A DNA stretch of 32,000 nt, from NCBI RefSeq assembly GCF_000011805.1, contig NC_006840.2; one strand, 5' to 3'. The position numbers and the translations under genes were made by a program. The stretch comes from Aliivibrio fischeri ES114. GTDB taxonomy: Bacteria; Pseudomonadota; Gammaproteobacteria; Enterobacterales; Vibrionaceae. Below the pieces are notes generated by a model. The model saw only the letters and a list, made by a program, of their open reading frames with translations. It was not told where the DNA came from and did not search any database. Shown here piece after piece: positions 17,709-26,325 of this stretch; the first letter of the stretch is position 1, and each line of letters begins with the position of its first letter.

Positions 17709-18188
17709 ATGATCTTTTCACCTAACAGTGTCAGTGTGCCGCTTATCGCACCTTCTGTTAATCTGCCAACAGAACAAGTAGCACGTGAAAATCGTGTTAA
17801 GAAGCCTGTTGCGCCGACGACAAAGATGAGCGAAACCACATCTGAAAAAGCAATCAAAGGTGATGATAAGCAACATAAGCGGGATGCTTGGGAGCCATCA
17901 GATCACCCTGGTTATGATGTGATGGAAGAGAAAGAGGAGCCTAAACCTCATTTCGCCACTCTGTATGATATCGATGACGATTTAGCTAAATTAGCTCGAT
18001 TGTTGTCGTTGGATACTTACGCTCAAGGTGAAGGAACGGGTTATACCATCCGTTTTAATTTGCCAAAGAATTTATTAGATAAACTTGAAGAGATGGGACG
18101 AATGGTTCGCCGTCGTAGTGTGATAAGTTTTCACTATGATAAGGCTGTGGTTCCGAATAATCCGTCGGATATATTGGCGGTGCTTTAA
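17709..18188 (+). CDS. Hypothetical protein, apparently co-transcribed with bioH
   Basis: 159 aa. AAGGA Shine-Dalgarno lies 8 nt upstream, and the gap after bioH is 26 nt. The N-terminal half is charged and low in complexity; the C-terminal third looks structured (YTIRFNLPKNLLDKLEEMGRMVRRRSVISFHY). I recognised no family. Confidence 0.6.
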   Translation: MIFSPNSVSVPLIAPSVNLPTEQVARENRVKKPVAPTTKMSETTSEKAIKGDDKQHKRDAWEPSDHPGYDVMEEKEEPKPHFATLYDIDDDLAKLARLLSLDTYAQGEGTGYTIRFNLPKNLLDKLEEMGRMVRRRSVISFHYDKAVVPNNPSDILAVL

Positions 18189-18194
18189 GGGGTT

Positions 18195-18383
18195 AAGAGC
18201 AGGGACGAGAGGTGAGTACGCTTCGCTCGAGGAGCGAGGGAGAGCGTAGGATTCAGGCCTCAGGTTTCAGGAAGATCAAAAGCGAGTACACCTGAAACCT
18301 GCAAGCATAGCGCCCTGAACCCTAAAACCTTTTTCTCTGCTCTTACTCGCCCCTAGAAGCGCAGCGTTCTCGTCACTCGAAAC
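18195..18383. repeat. Nested-palindrome intergenic repeat, copy H (complete outer-F-outer form; convergent gap)
   Basis: AAGAGCAGGGACGAGAGGTGAGTACGCTTCGCTCGAGGAGCGAG starts at 18195. Central 11-bp stem: CAGGTTTCAGG 18261-18271 with CCTGAAACCTG 18291-18301, 19-nt loop. The right outer module CTCTGCTCTTACTCGCCCCTAGAAGCGCAGCGTTCTCGTCAC runs up to the tex stop codon. Confidence 0.9.
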
Positions 18384-20699
18384 TTACTTCTTCGCCTTCG
18401 CAAAAGCAGCCGCAAACGCACCACCCATTGCACCACCGCCAACATCGTTATTACGTTGCTGTCTTGGCGCTTGAGAACGCTCATTGCGCTGTTGTGGTTT
18501 ATTTGATTGGCGTTGAGGGCGATTGTCTTCCCCTGGCTTATCGTTTAAACGCATAGAAAGAGCGATACGCTTACGTTGCACATCTACTTCCATAACCTTC
18601 ACTTTTACAATATCACCGGCTTTAACGACTTCTCTAGGGTCAGAAACAAACGTATCACTTAATGCAGAAATATGAACTAAGCCATCTTGGTGAACACCGA
18701 TATCAACGAATGCACCGAAGTTGGCTACGTTTGATACAACACCTTCTAATACCATGCCTAATTCAAGGTCAGATACCGTATTTACGCCATCAGCAAAGGT
18801 GGCTGTTTTAAACTCAGGACGAGGATCTCGACCCGGCTTATCTAGCTCTTTAATGATGTCAGTGACTGTTGGCAAACCAAAATCTGCACTGATGTAATCG
18901 TTAGCCGCAACCGAGCGTAAAAACTCAGTATTACCAATAATCGCATCAATAGCTTTGCCATTTTTCTCAGCAATGGTTTTTACTACTGGGTAAGCTTCAG
19001 GGTGAACCGCAGAGGCATCCAATGGGTTTTTACCGTTCATTACACGTAAGAAACCAGCACATTGTTCAAAGGCTTTAGGCCCTAAACGAGCGACTTTTTT
19101 CAGTGTCGTACGGTTTTCAAAGCGACCGTTTTCATCACGGTAATCCACAATGTTTTGTGCAATCGTTGCTGATAAACCTGCAACACGAGTTAATAGAGCA
19201 GGAGAGGCTGTATTTACGTCAACACCAACGGCGTTTACACAGTCTTCGATGACGGCATCTAATTTTTTCGCTAGTTGGCTTTGGCTTACATCGTGTTGAT
19301 ATTGACCAACACCAATGGCTTTAGGGTCGATTTTTACTAGCTCTGCCAGAGGATCTTGCAGACGACGAGCGATAGATACTGCACCACGGATGGATACATC
19401 TAAATCAGGGAACTCTTTCGCTGCTAATTCAGAAGCAGAATATACCGATGCACCCGCTTCACTTACGATGATTTTCGCCGTTGATAGGCCAGCATCTTTT
19501 AGTAGATTACCCACAAAGGCATCGGTCTCACGTGAAGCAGTACCGTTACCAATGGCGATTAAATCTACATTGTGTTGTTTGATTAATGCTTCGATAATCT
19601 GTGCTGATTTTGCAATTTGATTATGGGGTTGGTTAGGGTAAATCGTATCTGTTGCTAGTACTTTACCAGTAGCATCAACCACGGCGACTTTCGTACCTGT
19701 ACGTAGGCCTGGATCAAGTCCAAGTGTCGTTTTAAGACCTGCTGGAGCTGCCATTAATAGGTCTTTAAGGTTAGTAGCAAATACATCAATCGCTTCGTTT
19801 TCTGAGCGTTCTTTTAGACCACCCATTAATTCCGTTTCCATGTGCATTAAAATCTTAATACGCCATGTCCAGCTGATCACTTGTTTACGCCATAAATCAG
19901 CAGGTTGAGAACCTAGCGTAATGCCATAATGATTGGCGATGATGATTTCACAGTACGAGCCACGAGCACCTTCTTCTTGAGTTGGGTCAGCGTTAATAGA
20001 AAGCTGTAAGAAGCCTTCATTACGACCACGTAGCATAGCAAGAGCACGGTGAGAAGGGACTTTGGTTAATGCTTCATGGTGATCAAAGTAATCTTTGAAC
20101 TTTTCACCCGCTTGCTCTTGGCCGTCTACCATTTTAGATACAAGCTCAGCATTAGCCGTTAGATAAGTACGTACTTTTTCAAGTAAGTTTGCATCTTCTG
20201 CCATGCGTTCCATAAGAATGGCACGAGCACCGTCTAATACTGCCTTAGTATCTGCAAAGCCTTTTTCTTCATCAATGTAAGATTGAGCGGCATCTTCAGG
20301 TGTATTTTCAGGCTGTGTCCACAGTAAATCAGCTAATGGTTCAATACCTGCTTCAATGGCGATTTGGCCTTTAGTACGACGCTTACGTTTAAATGGTAGA
20401 TACAGGTCTTCAAGACGTGTTTTGCTGTCCGCATCTAAAATCTCACGCTCTAATTCAGGCGTCAGTTTGTCTTGTTCTTTAATCGATTTTAAGATCGACT
20501 GACGGCGGTCATCCAACTCACGTAAGTAAGTTAAACGAGTATCAAGCGTACGAAGTTGCGTATCGTCTAGGCCATCTGTTACCTCTTTACGGTAACGAGC
20601 AATAAATGGGATGGTGCTACCTTCGTCAATTAGTTGAACGGCAGCAGAAACTTGTTGAGGGCGAACGTTAAGTTCTTTAGCAATTATGTTTATTATCAT
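18384..20699 (-). CDS. tex: Transcription accessory protein Tex (YhgF)
   Basis: 771 aa. The Tex N-terminal region ([34 protein letters not shown]) is followed by YqgF-like and HhH regions, a C-terminal S1 domain ([21 protein letters not shown]) and a basic tail. Confidence 0.95.
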   Translation of the reverse strand: MIINIIAKELNVRPQQVSAAVQLIDEGSTIPFIARYRKEVTDGLDDTQLRTLDTRLTYLRELDDRRQSILKSIKEQDKLTPELEREILDADSKTRLEDLYLPFKRKRRTKGQIAIEAGIEPLADLLWTQPENTPEDAAQSYIDEEKGFADTKAVLDGARAILMERMAEDANLLEKVRTYLTANAELVSKMVDGQEQAGEKFKDYFDHHEALTKVPSHRALAMLRGRNEGFLQLSINADPTQEEGARGSYCEIIIANHYGITLGSQPADLWRKQVISWTWRIKILMHMETELMGGLKERSENEAIDVFATNLKDLLMAAPAGLKTTLGLDPGLRTGTKVAVVDATGKVLATDTIYPNQPHNQIAKSAQIIEALIKQHNVDLIAIGNGTASRETDAFVGNLLKDAGLSTAKIIVSEAGASVYSASELAAKEFPDLDVSIRGAVSIARRLQDPLAELVKIDPKAIGVGQYQHDVSQSQLAKKLDAVIEDCVNAVGVDVNTASPALLTRVAGLSATIAQNIVDYRDENGRFENRTTLKKVARLGPKAFEQCAGFLRVMNGKNPLDASAVHPEAYPVVKTIAEKNGKAIDAIIGNTEFLRSVAANDYISADFGLPTVTDIIKELDKPGRDPRPEFKTATFADGVNTVSDLELGMVLEGVVSNVANFGAFVDIGVHQDGLVHISALSDTFVSDPREVVKAGDIVKVKVMEVDVQRKRIALSMRLNDKPGEDNRPQRQSNKPQQRNERSQAPRQQRNNDVGGGAMGGAFAAAFAKAKK

Positions 20700-20752
20700 T
20701 TTGATTCTTTTTATTTAATTTATTTAAAGCGTGTGATTGGGCTGTTTTAATT

Positions 20753-20929
20753 AGGTTTCAGGTTTCAAAAGAAGCAGAGTTCAGATCGCTTCGCTGGCAG
20801 AATTCAGAGGTGATCGCTTTAATTTCAACGATCACTTCTGAACTCTGCAAGGGAGCTTGCGACCGATCTGAGTTCTGCTCTCAGCTCTTCCTCGTCCCTC
20901 GAGCGAAGCGTCCTCGAATCTCGTCCCTA
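20753..20929. repeat. Nested-palindrome intergenic repeat, copy I (between greB stop and tex start)
   Basis: (GGTTTCA)x2 starts at 20754. Short-form arm 20774-20810. Linker hairpin: TGATCG 20811-20816 with CGATCA 20829-20834. Long-form arm 20835-20878. The outer module CTCTTCCTCGTCCCTCGAGCGAAGCGTCCTCGAATCTCGTCCCTA ends at 20929, and its last three bases are the greB stop codon. Confidence 0.9.
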
Positions 20930-21400
20930 CACCTGGTACCTAATCGAATTCACGAACCACTCTTTATCCCCATCAGGCGTTTTTACAATCACATCTTCAT
21001 CCACTTCTTTTTTGATCAGTGCACGAGCCATTGGGGAATCGATAGAGATATAGTCGTTGCGGCCAAATATTTCATCAGGACCAACGATGCGAAAAGAGAG
21101 GGTATCGCCTTGTTCGTTTTCAATTTCAACGAACGCACCGAAAAAGATTTTTCCGTCTTGCTGTGGGGAATAGTCGACCACTTTTACTTGGTCTAAACGT
21201 TTACGAAGGTAGCGAACACGGCGGTCTATTTCACGAAGGCGTTTTTTGTTGTATTGATAATCAGCGTTTTCACTGCGATCACCAAGGCTAGCCGCCCAAG
21301 TCACTTTTTTTGTGACTTCTGGGCGTTCTTCTTTCCATAGAAACGTGAGTTCATCTTGTAGCTTATTAAAGCCTTCACGTGTGATTAAATTGGTTTTCAT
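20927..21400 (-). CDS. greB: Transcription elongation factor GreB
   Basis: 157 aa. MKTNLITREGFNKLQDEL...GDRSENADYQYNKKRLREIDRR is the Gre coiled-coil signature, and the C-terminal globular domain is present. Confidence 0.9.
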   Translation of the reverse strand: MKTNLITREGFNKLQDELTFLWKEERPEVTKKVTWAASLGDRSENADYQYNKKRLREIDRRVRYLRKRLDQVKVVDYSPQQDGKIFFGAFVEIENEQGDTLSFRIVGPDEIFGRNDYISIDSPMARALIKKEVDEDVIVKTPDGDKEWFVNSIRYQV

Positions 21401-21418
21401 TATTTATCCTGACACGCC

Positions 21419-22357
21419 CTAATCGTAGCGGATGCCTTTTTTAACGTTTGGATCTTCCATTGTTTTAAAACGTTTATGTAGCCACATCCATTGAGGAATA
21501 CAGCGTAAAATGACACGTTCTACCGCTTTATTCATTACCGTAGCAACACCAACGGGATCTTTCTTCGGAAATTGGTCACTGATGTCATTATCAATTTGTA
21601 AGTGGTAATTATTGTAAGTTCTAAAGCCCGATGCAGTAACAACGGCACATTTACTTGCACTGATTAATATATCCGAGCCTACGGTAGTACAAGCATCTGG
21701 AACCGCAAAGAAAGGAACAAAGACCGATTTATTGCGGTTGTAATCGTGGTCAGGCATATACCAAAGACGCTCACCTTTACGTAATACACGCAGCATGCCT
21801 TTGACGTCTTTTCTATCAATCATTTGGTTGCCATTATTGGTTCGGCCCCAATGTTGAATGAAATCGTAAGCTGGGTTGTTATGTGGGCGGTAAACACCAT
21901 AACCTGGAGCAAAAGAAGTGAATGCACGAGCGGTAAGTTCAAGGTTTAATGCGTGAACACAAACAACTAATACGCCACGACCTTCTTCTGCAAGATCAAG
22001 AATGTGCTGCTTGTTTTCATAACTAAAATGTTTTTCGACACGCCAATCTGGCCATACCCAAGCCATTGCGGTTTCAAAAATCGCAAGACCTGAATTTTTG
22101 AAATTCTCAACAATAATGGCTTCACGCTCAGACGATTCCATTTCTGGAAAAGCGAGTTCTAAATTACGGCGAGCAACATGGGCTCTTGATTTTCCGAGTT
22201 TTAATCCAAGTAAACCAAGAGAGCGACCAAGTTTGTAAGTTACTTTATAAGGTAATAGGGTGACGATGGCAAAAAGGAATCCGAATCCAAACCATACCCC
22301 CCAATATTTAGGGTGTAGAAGAGCGCTAGAGAATTTAGGTGCTGGATACTTTGACAT
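21419..22357 (-). CDS. Lipid A secondary (Kdo2-lipid IVA) acyltransferase, LpxL/LpxM/LpxN family
   Basis: 312 aa. An N-terminal membrane anchor is followed by the HX4D-type acyltransferase region (VCVHALNLEL), with overall similarity to HtrB/MsbB-type enzymes. The donor acyl specificity cannot be called from sequence. Confidence 0.85.
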   Translation of the reverse strand: MSKYPAPKFSSALLHPKYWGVWFGFGFLFAIVTLLPYKVTYKLGRSLGLLGLKLGKSRAHVARRNLELAFPEMESSEREAIIVENFKNSGLAIFETAMAWVWPDWRVEKHFSYENKQHILDLAEEGRGVLVVCVHALNLELTARAFTSFAPGYGVYRPHNNPAYDFIQHWGRTNNGNQMIDRKDVKGMLRVLRKGERLWYMPDHDYNRNKSVFVPFFAVPDACTTVGSDILISASKCAVVTASGFRTYNNYHLQIDNDISDQFPKKDPVGVATVMNKAVERVILRCIPQWMWLHKRFKTMEDPNVKKGIRYD

Positions 22358-22381
22358 CGTGAGCCTATTTTATCTAATTAA

Positions 22382-22972
22382 TTATTGGATCTGAGCACTG
22401 AGTAGCGCCCAATACTCGTTAAAGTTTTCAGTCGGTTGATATTTAAAATCAGAACGAACAAAACGACAGAAACTCCCCTCGACTTGACCCACAAGCTGAG
22501 CGGCTAAAATACTTTCATCAATTGGGAATGCTTTCCCTTCACGTAATTTACGTTCACGTAAGATTTGTTTGAATTGAAGTTCAATACGCTCAAATATTTG
22601 ATTGATGCGGCTTCTTAAGCGCTCATTTTCAAACATCAGCGCATGGCCTGTCATAATTCGAGTTAATCCCGGGTTACGTTCAGCAAAGGCGAGCAGAAGT
22701 TTTAATAATAGCTCAATACGTTTTAAAGTATCTTTTTCATCTTCAAGAATGCGGTTAACACGCGAAAAAATAGATTCTTCAATAAATTCAATTAAGCCTT
22801 CAAACATTTTGGCTTTGCTTGGGAAATGGCGATATAACGCAGCTTCTGATACACCAACCTGTTTTGCTAATTTGGCTGTGGTAATGCGAGCAGCACCTTC
22901 ATTGGACTCTAGCATTTCAGCTAAAGCTTGTAGTATTTCATCACGACGATTTGGTTTTCTTGGGGTCGCCAT
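22382..22972 (-). CDS. slmA: Nucleoid occlusion factor SlmA (TetR family)
   Basis: 196 aa. [15 protein letters not shown]...[36 protein letters not shown] matches SlmA. It lies next to coaBC, as in enterobacteria. Confidence 0.9.
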   Translation of the reverse strand: MATPRKPNRRDEILQALAEMLESNEGAARITTAKLAKQVGVSEAALYRHFPSKAKMFEGLIEFIEESIFSRVNRILEDEKDTLKRIELLLKLLLAFAERNPGLTRIMTGHALMFENERLRSRINQIFERIELQFKQILRERKLREGKAFPIDESILAAQLVGQVEGSFCRFVRSDFKYQPTENFNEYWALLSAQIQ

Positions 22973-23020
22973 TACGGTTCCTTTGTCATTTTTTATTATT
23001 TTTTGTGGAGCTGTTTTTAT

Positions 23021-23124
23021 AAGAGTTCAGATCGCTTCGCTTGCAGAATTCAGAGGGGAGCGTTGAAATATCAGCGAGCACCTCTGAACCCTGTAAGGGA
23101 GCTTGCGACCGATCTGAATCCTGC
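23021..23124. repeat. Nested-palindrome intergenic repeat, copy J (minimal arm-linker-arm form)
   Basis: Short-form arm AAGAGTTCAGATCGCTTCGCTTGCAGAATTCAGAGG at 23021-23056. Linker 23057-23080. Long-form arm CCTCTGAACCCTGTAAGGGAGCTTGCGACCGATCTGAATCCTGC at 23081-23124, ending 2 nt before the coaBC stop codon. Confidence 0.9.
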
Positions 23125-23126
23125 TT

Positions 23127-24356
23127 CTACAGTTTCTCAACGATCTCAAGCATAATCGCTTTACCCAACTCCGACTTCGTCGTTAACGGTAGCGCTTTAT
23201 CACCTTCTTTCCAATATAGGTGAAGCGCATTGTTATCACTATTAAAGCCTTGTCCCTGAACTGATACATCGTTTGCACAGATCATATCTAAATTTTTGCG
23301 TTCTAATTTACCGCGAGCGTATTTTTCCACATCTTGAGTTTCAGCTGCAAAACCAACAGTAAATGGACGCTGATTCGTTAATGCTGCAACTGAAGCGACA
23401 ATATCTGGGTTCTTAACCATATGAAGCGTCATGCCATCTTCATCGGCGGTTTTCTTTAATTTTTGAGTCGCCACTTGGCTTAGTTTGAAATCAGCAACGG
23501 CAGCACATGCGATAAAGATAGAATGAGATTGTGCATTTTTCATTACCGCTCCGTGCATTTGTTCTGCGCTTTCAATATCAATGCGTTTCACGTTCTCTGG
23601 TGTTGCAAGGTTAACAGGACCACTGACTAAAGTGACGTTAGCACCTAATTGAGCTGCGGCTTCTGCAATAGCAAATCCCATTTTCCCTGAGCTATGGTTA
23701 GAGATATAACGAACAGGATCGATGGCTTCACGAGTTGGGCCCGCAGTAATAAGTAGAGATTGACCTTTAAGTGGTTTTTCATCAGCTTCTGCTTGTTCAC
23801 AAGAATTCGCTTGGAAAAAGTCTTCACATAAATGAACCAGCTCCATTGGCTCAAGCATTCTTCCCATGCCCACATCACCACAAGCTTGTTGGCCCGCTGC
23901 TGGGCCCCAAATGTGCATGCCACGACGAGCTAGTGTTGCTATGTTTTCTTGCGTCGCGATATTGCTATACATTTGCTGATTCATAGCAGGAGAGACCGCG
24001 ACAGGAGAATCTGTAGCAAGAACTAAAGTAGATAATAAATCGTTACCCATGCCAGCAGCCATTCGAGCAATCAGATCAGCCGTAGCAGGAGCAAGTAAAA
24101 CAATGTCAGCCCACTTTGCTAACTCAATGTGTCCCATTGATGCTTCAGCAGCAGGATCAAGTAAACTATCAGCAACAGGGTGGCCAGAAACCGCCTGCAT
24201 TGTTAATGGGGTAATGAACTCTTTTGCTGCTTTTGTCATTACTACACGAACTTCAGCGCCGCGTTCAATCAATCGACGAGTCAGTTCTGCACATTTATAA
24301 GCTGCAATGCCGCCGCTAATACCAAGAAGAATTCGTTTCCCTGCAAGAGATGCCAT
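23127..24356 (-). CDS. coaBC: Bifunctional phosphopantothenoylcysteine decarboxylase / phosphopantothenate-cysteine ligase
   Basis: 409 aa. The N-terminal flavoprotein motif ([13 protein letters not shown]) is followed by the C-terminal CoaB domain ([25 protein letters not shown]). Confidence 0.95.
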
Positions 24357-24576
24357 GACACTAATTACCCTGTTAGTGGTTCACCATAAAGTAGCGCTAA
24401 CCATATCATAATTTTTTTTCAGAGTGATGCACTTCCAATCTCTTCCATCAAGTAAATGACCAAAAACATAATTGCAATCAAGGTTTGAAGCTTGCCGAAG
24501 GCTAAGTAATCGAGAAAGCGCATAAGATTTAGACATCGTAGGCTGTGTAGATAGCAAGCTATTAATTGAGAAAACT

Positions 24577-25251
24577 ATGTCATTAATGAACCTACCAGAA
24601 GAATCTAGACCAAGAGAGAAGTTACTCGCACTTGGGCCAAAGTCATTAACGGATGCTGAATTACTCGCGATCTTTTTAAGAACTGGGACCCAAGGAATGA
24701 ATGCCATTGAACTGGCAGACAAACTATTAAAGGAGTTCGGCTCATTAAGGAAGTTACTCAGTTCTGATGAAAATGAATTCTGCAGTCATAAAGGGTTGGG
24801 AACCGCAAAGTTTGCACAGCTGCAAGCCGTTGTTGAAATGACAGAACGGTATTTATTTGAAAAGATTGAAAAAGAGGATGCGTTAACCAGTCCCGAGCAT
24901 ACAAAGCGTTATTTAACCCGAATGTTAAGAGATAGACATAGGGAAGCGTTTTATGTTTTGTTCCTTGATAATCAGCATCGAGTACTAAAAGGGGAGATAT
25001 TATTTGAAGGAACAATCGATGTTGCTGCCGTTTATCCGAGAGAAGTTGTAAAAAGATCGATAGATTATAATGCAGCCGCCATCATTTTAGCGCATAATCA
25101 CCCCTCCGGTGTAGCCGAACCAAGTCAAGCCGACAGAAGAATTACAAAACGTATTTCTGATGCCGTAGAATTGGTGGATATCCGAGTCCTTGATCATTTT
25201 GTGATCGGTGATGGAGAAATAGTCTCTTTTGCCGAAAGAGGATGGATTTGA
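24577..25251 (+). CDS. radC: RadC/YicR-family JAB-domain protein
   Basis: 224 aa. The N-terminal [26 protein letters not shown] motif is followed by the C-terminal JAMM motif ILAHNHPSG. The gene is divergent from coaBC, as in E. coli. Confidence 0.9.
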   Translation: MSLMNLPEESRPREKLLALGPKSLTDAELLAIFLRTGTQGMNAIELADKLLKEFGSLRKLLSSDENEFCSHKGLGTAKFAQLQAVVEMTERYLFEKIEKEDALTSPEHTKRYLTRMLRDRHREAFYVLFLDNQHRVLKGEILFEGTIDVAAVYPREVVKRSIDYNAAAIILAHNHPSGVAEPSQADRRITKRISDAVELVDIRVLDHFVIGDGEIVSFAERGWI

Positions 25252-25313
25252 GTGTTTTTTTTACCGATTGAATAAAAAAAATACAAAAAACCGTAAAAAG
25301 ATCCCTTAGGGTC

Positions 25314-25343
25314 TTGAGCAATGCGCAATCACATTAGTATAAT
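25314..25343 (+). promoter_or_regulatory. Candidate sigma-70 promoter for rpmB-rpmG
   Basis: TTGAGC at 25314-25319, an 18-nt spacer, then a perfect TATAAT at 25338-25343, about 100 nt upstream of rpmB. Confidence 0.45.
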
Positions 25344-25446
25344 GCGCGACCTTTGATAGCCTTGAATTAGAAATTTCCTATGGAATTTCTAGTGGTTTTT
25401 CGCCACCAAGGTGATATCGAGCTGAAACGATTTGGAGAAGACAGCA

Positions 25447-25683
25447 ATGTCCCGAGTATGCCAAGTAACTGGTAAGCGTCCTGCAGTTGGTAACAACCGC
25501 TCACACGCAAAAAATGCCACCAAGCGTCGTTTTCTGCCGAACCTACAAACTCATCGTTTCTGGGTAGAAAGCGAAAAACGCTTCGTTAAACTTCGTCTTA
25601 CCGCTAAAGGTATGCGTATCATTGATAAGAAAGGTATCGAAACCGTTCTTGCAGATATGCGTGCTCGTGGCGAGAACGTTTAA
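25447..25683 (+). CDS. rpmB: 50S ribosomal protein L28
   Basis: 78 aa from ATG 25447 ([32 protein letters not shown]). The ORF-track start at 25432 adds 5 non-conserved residues. Confidence 0.95.
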   Translation: MSRVCQVTGKRPAVGNNRSHAKNATKRRFLPNLQTHRFWVESEKRFVKLRLTAKGMRIIDKKGIETVLADMRARGENV

Positions 25684-25697
25684 GAGGAATCTGAACA

Positions 25698-25865
25698 ATG
25701 GCTAAAGGCGCACGTGAGAAAATCAAGTTAGTATCAACTGCTAACACTGGTCACTTCTACACAACTGACAAAAACAAACGTAACATGCCAGGCAAAATGG
25801 AGATCAAAAAATACGATCCTGTTGTACGCCAGCACGTTCTTTACAAAGAAGCAAAAATCAAGTAA
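25698..25865 (+). CDS. rpmG: 50S ribosomal protein L33
   Basis: Not in the ORF track because it is too short. My manual translation gives 55 aa: [61 protein letters not shown] Shine-Dalgarno lies upstream, 14 nt after the rpmB stop. Confidence 0.95.
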   Translation: MAKGAREKIKLVSTANTGHFYTTDKNKRNMPGKMEIKKYDPVVRQHVLYKEAKIK

Positions 25866-25900
25866 TTCGATTACTGATTGCAACTTTGATAAAATTGAAA

Positions 25901-25928
25901 ACCCAGCCTTGTTGCTGGGTTTTTTTTT
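25901..25928 (+). terminator. Rho-independent terminator of rpmB-rpmG
   Basis: Stem ACCCAGC 25901-25907 with GCTGGGT 25914-25920, followed by eight T at 25921-25928. Confidence 0.85.
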
Positions 25929-25932
25929 GCGT

Positions 25933-26306
25933 GAAGAGCAGGGACGAGAGGTGAGGACGCTTCGCTCAAGGAGCGAGTAAGGTCAAAAACGGAAGAGCTA
26001 GAGTTCAGATCGCTACGCTTGCAGAGTTCAGAGGCACTTGCTTCTAGCTCCTCCCCTTTATCGACATAGCCACTTGGTTGATAAAGTAAATATAAGGGGA
26101 GGCTGGGAGGGGTTGTTAGTAAATGACTAGGAACTATACGCTGTGCTAACTAAATACTATAAAATCGAGTATGGTAGGTGTTTTGAGTTATCATGAAACA
26201 TGAAACCTCGATCTTGCTCTTATCGTTTCTAGTTAGCGAAGCGTATAGTCTCTAAAACTCGCCGCTTCTTGAACCTCGAACGAAGCGTCCTCGCTTCTAG
26301 TCCCTG
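25933..26306. repeat. Nested-palindrome intergenic repeat, copy K
   Basis: GAAGAGCAGGGACGAGAGGTGAGGACGCTTCGCTC starts at 25933. Arm TAGAGTTCAGATCGCTACGCTTGCAGAGTTCAGAGG at 25999-26034. Type-1 core: CCTCCCCTT 26050-26058 with AAGGGGAGG 26094-26102. T-module halves at 26116-26157 and 26218-26258. Right outer module ...CGAACGAAGCGTCCTCGCTTCTAGTCCCTG ends at 26306. Confidence 0.9.
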
Positions 26307-26325
26307 TTCTTAAAAAGGATTTAAA

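Noticed and set aside
15878-23223. Several ORFs run through repeat elements: 15878-16105 (+), 15992-16207 (-), 20810-21196 (+) and 23041-23223 (+). Two of them share the peptide CKGACDRSE.
   Set aside because: The shared peptide is just the translation of the long-form arm (TGTAAGGGAGCTTGCGACCGATCTGA) present in copies I and J. The ORFs have no Shine-Dalgarno, cross into antisense coding sequence, and differ in frame and length between copies.
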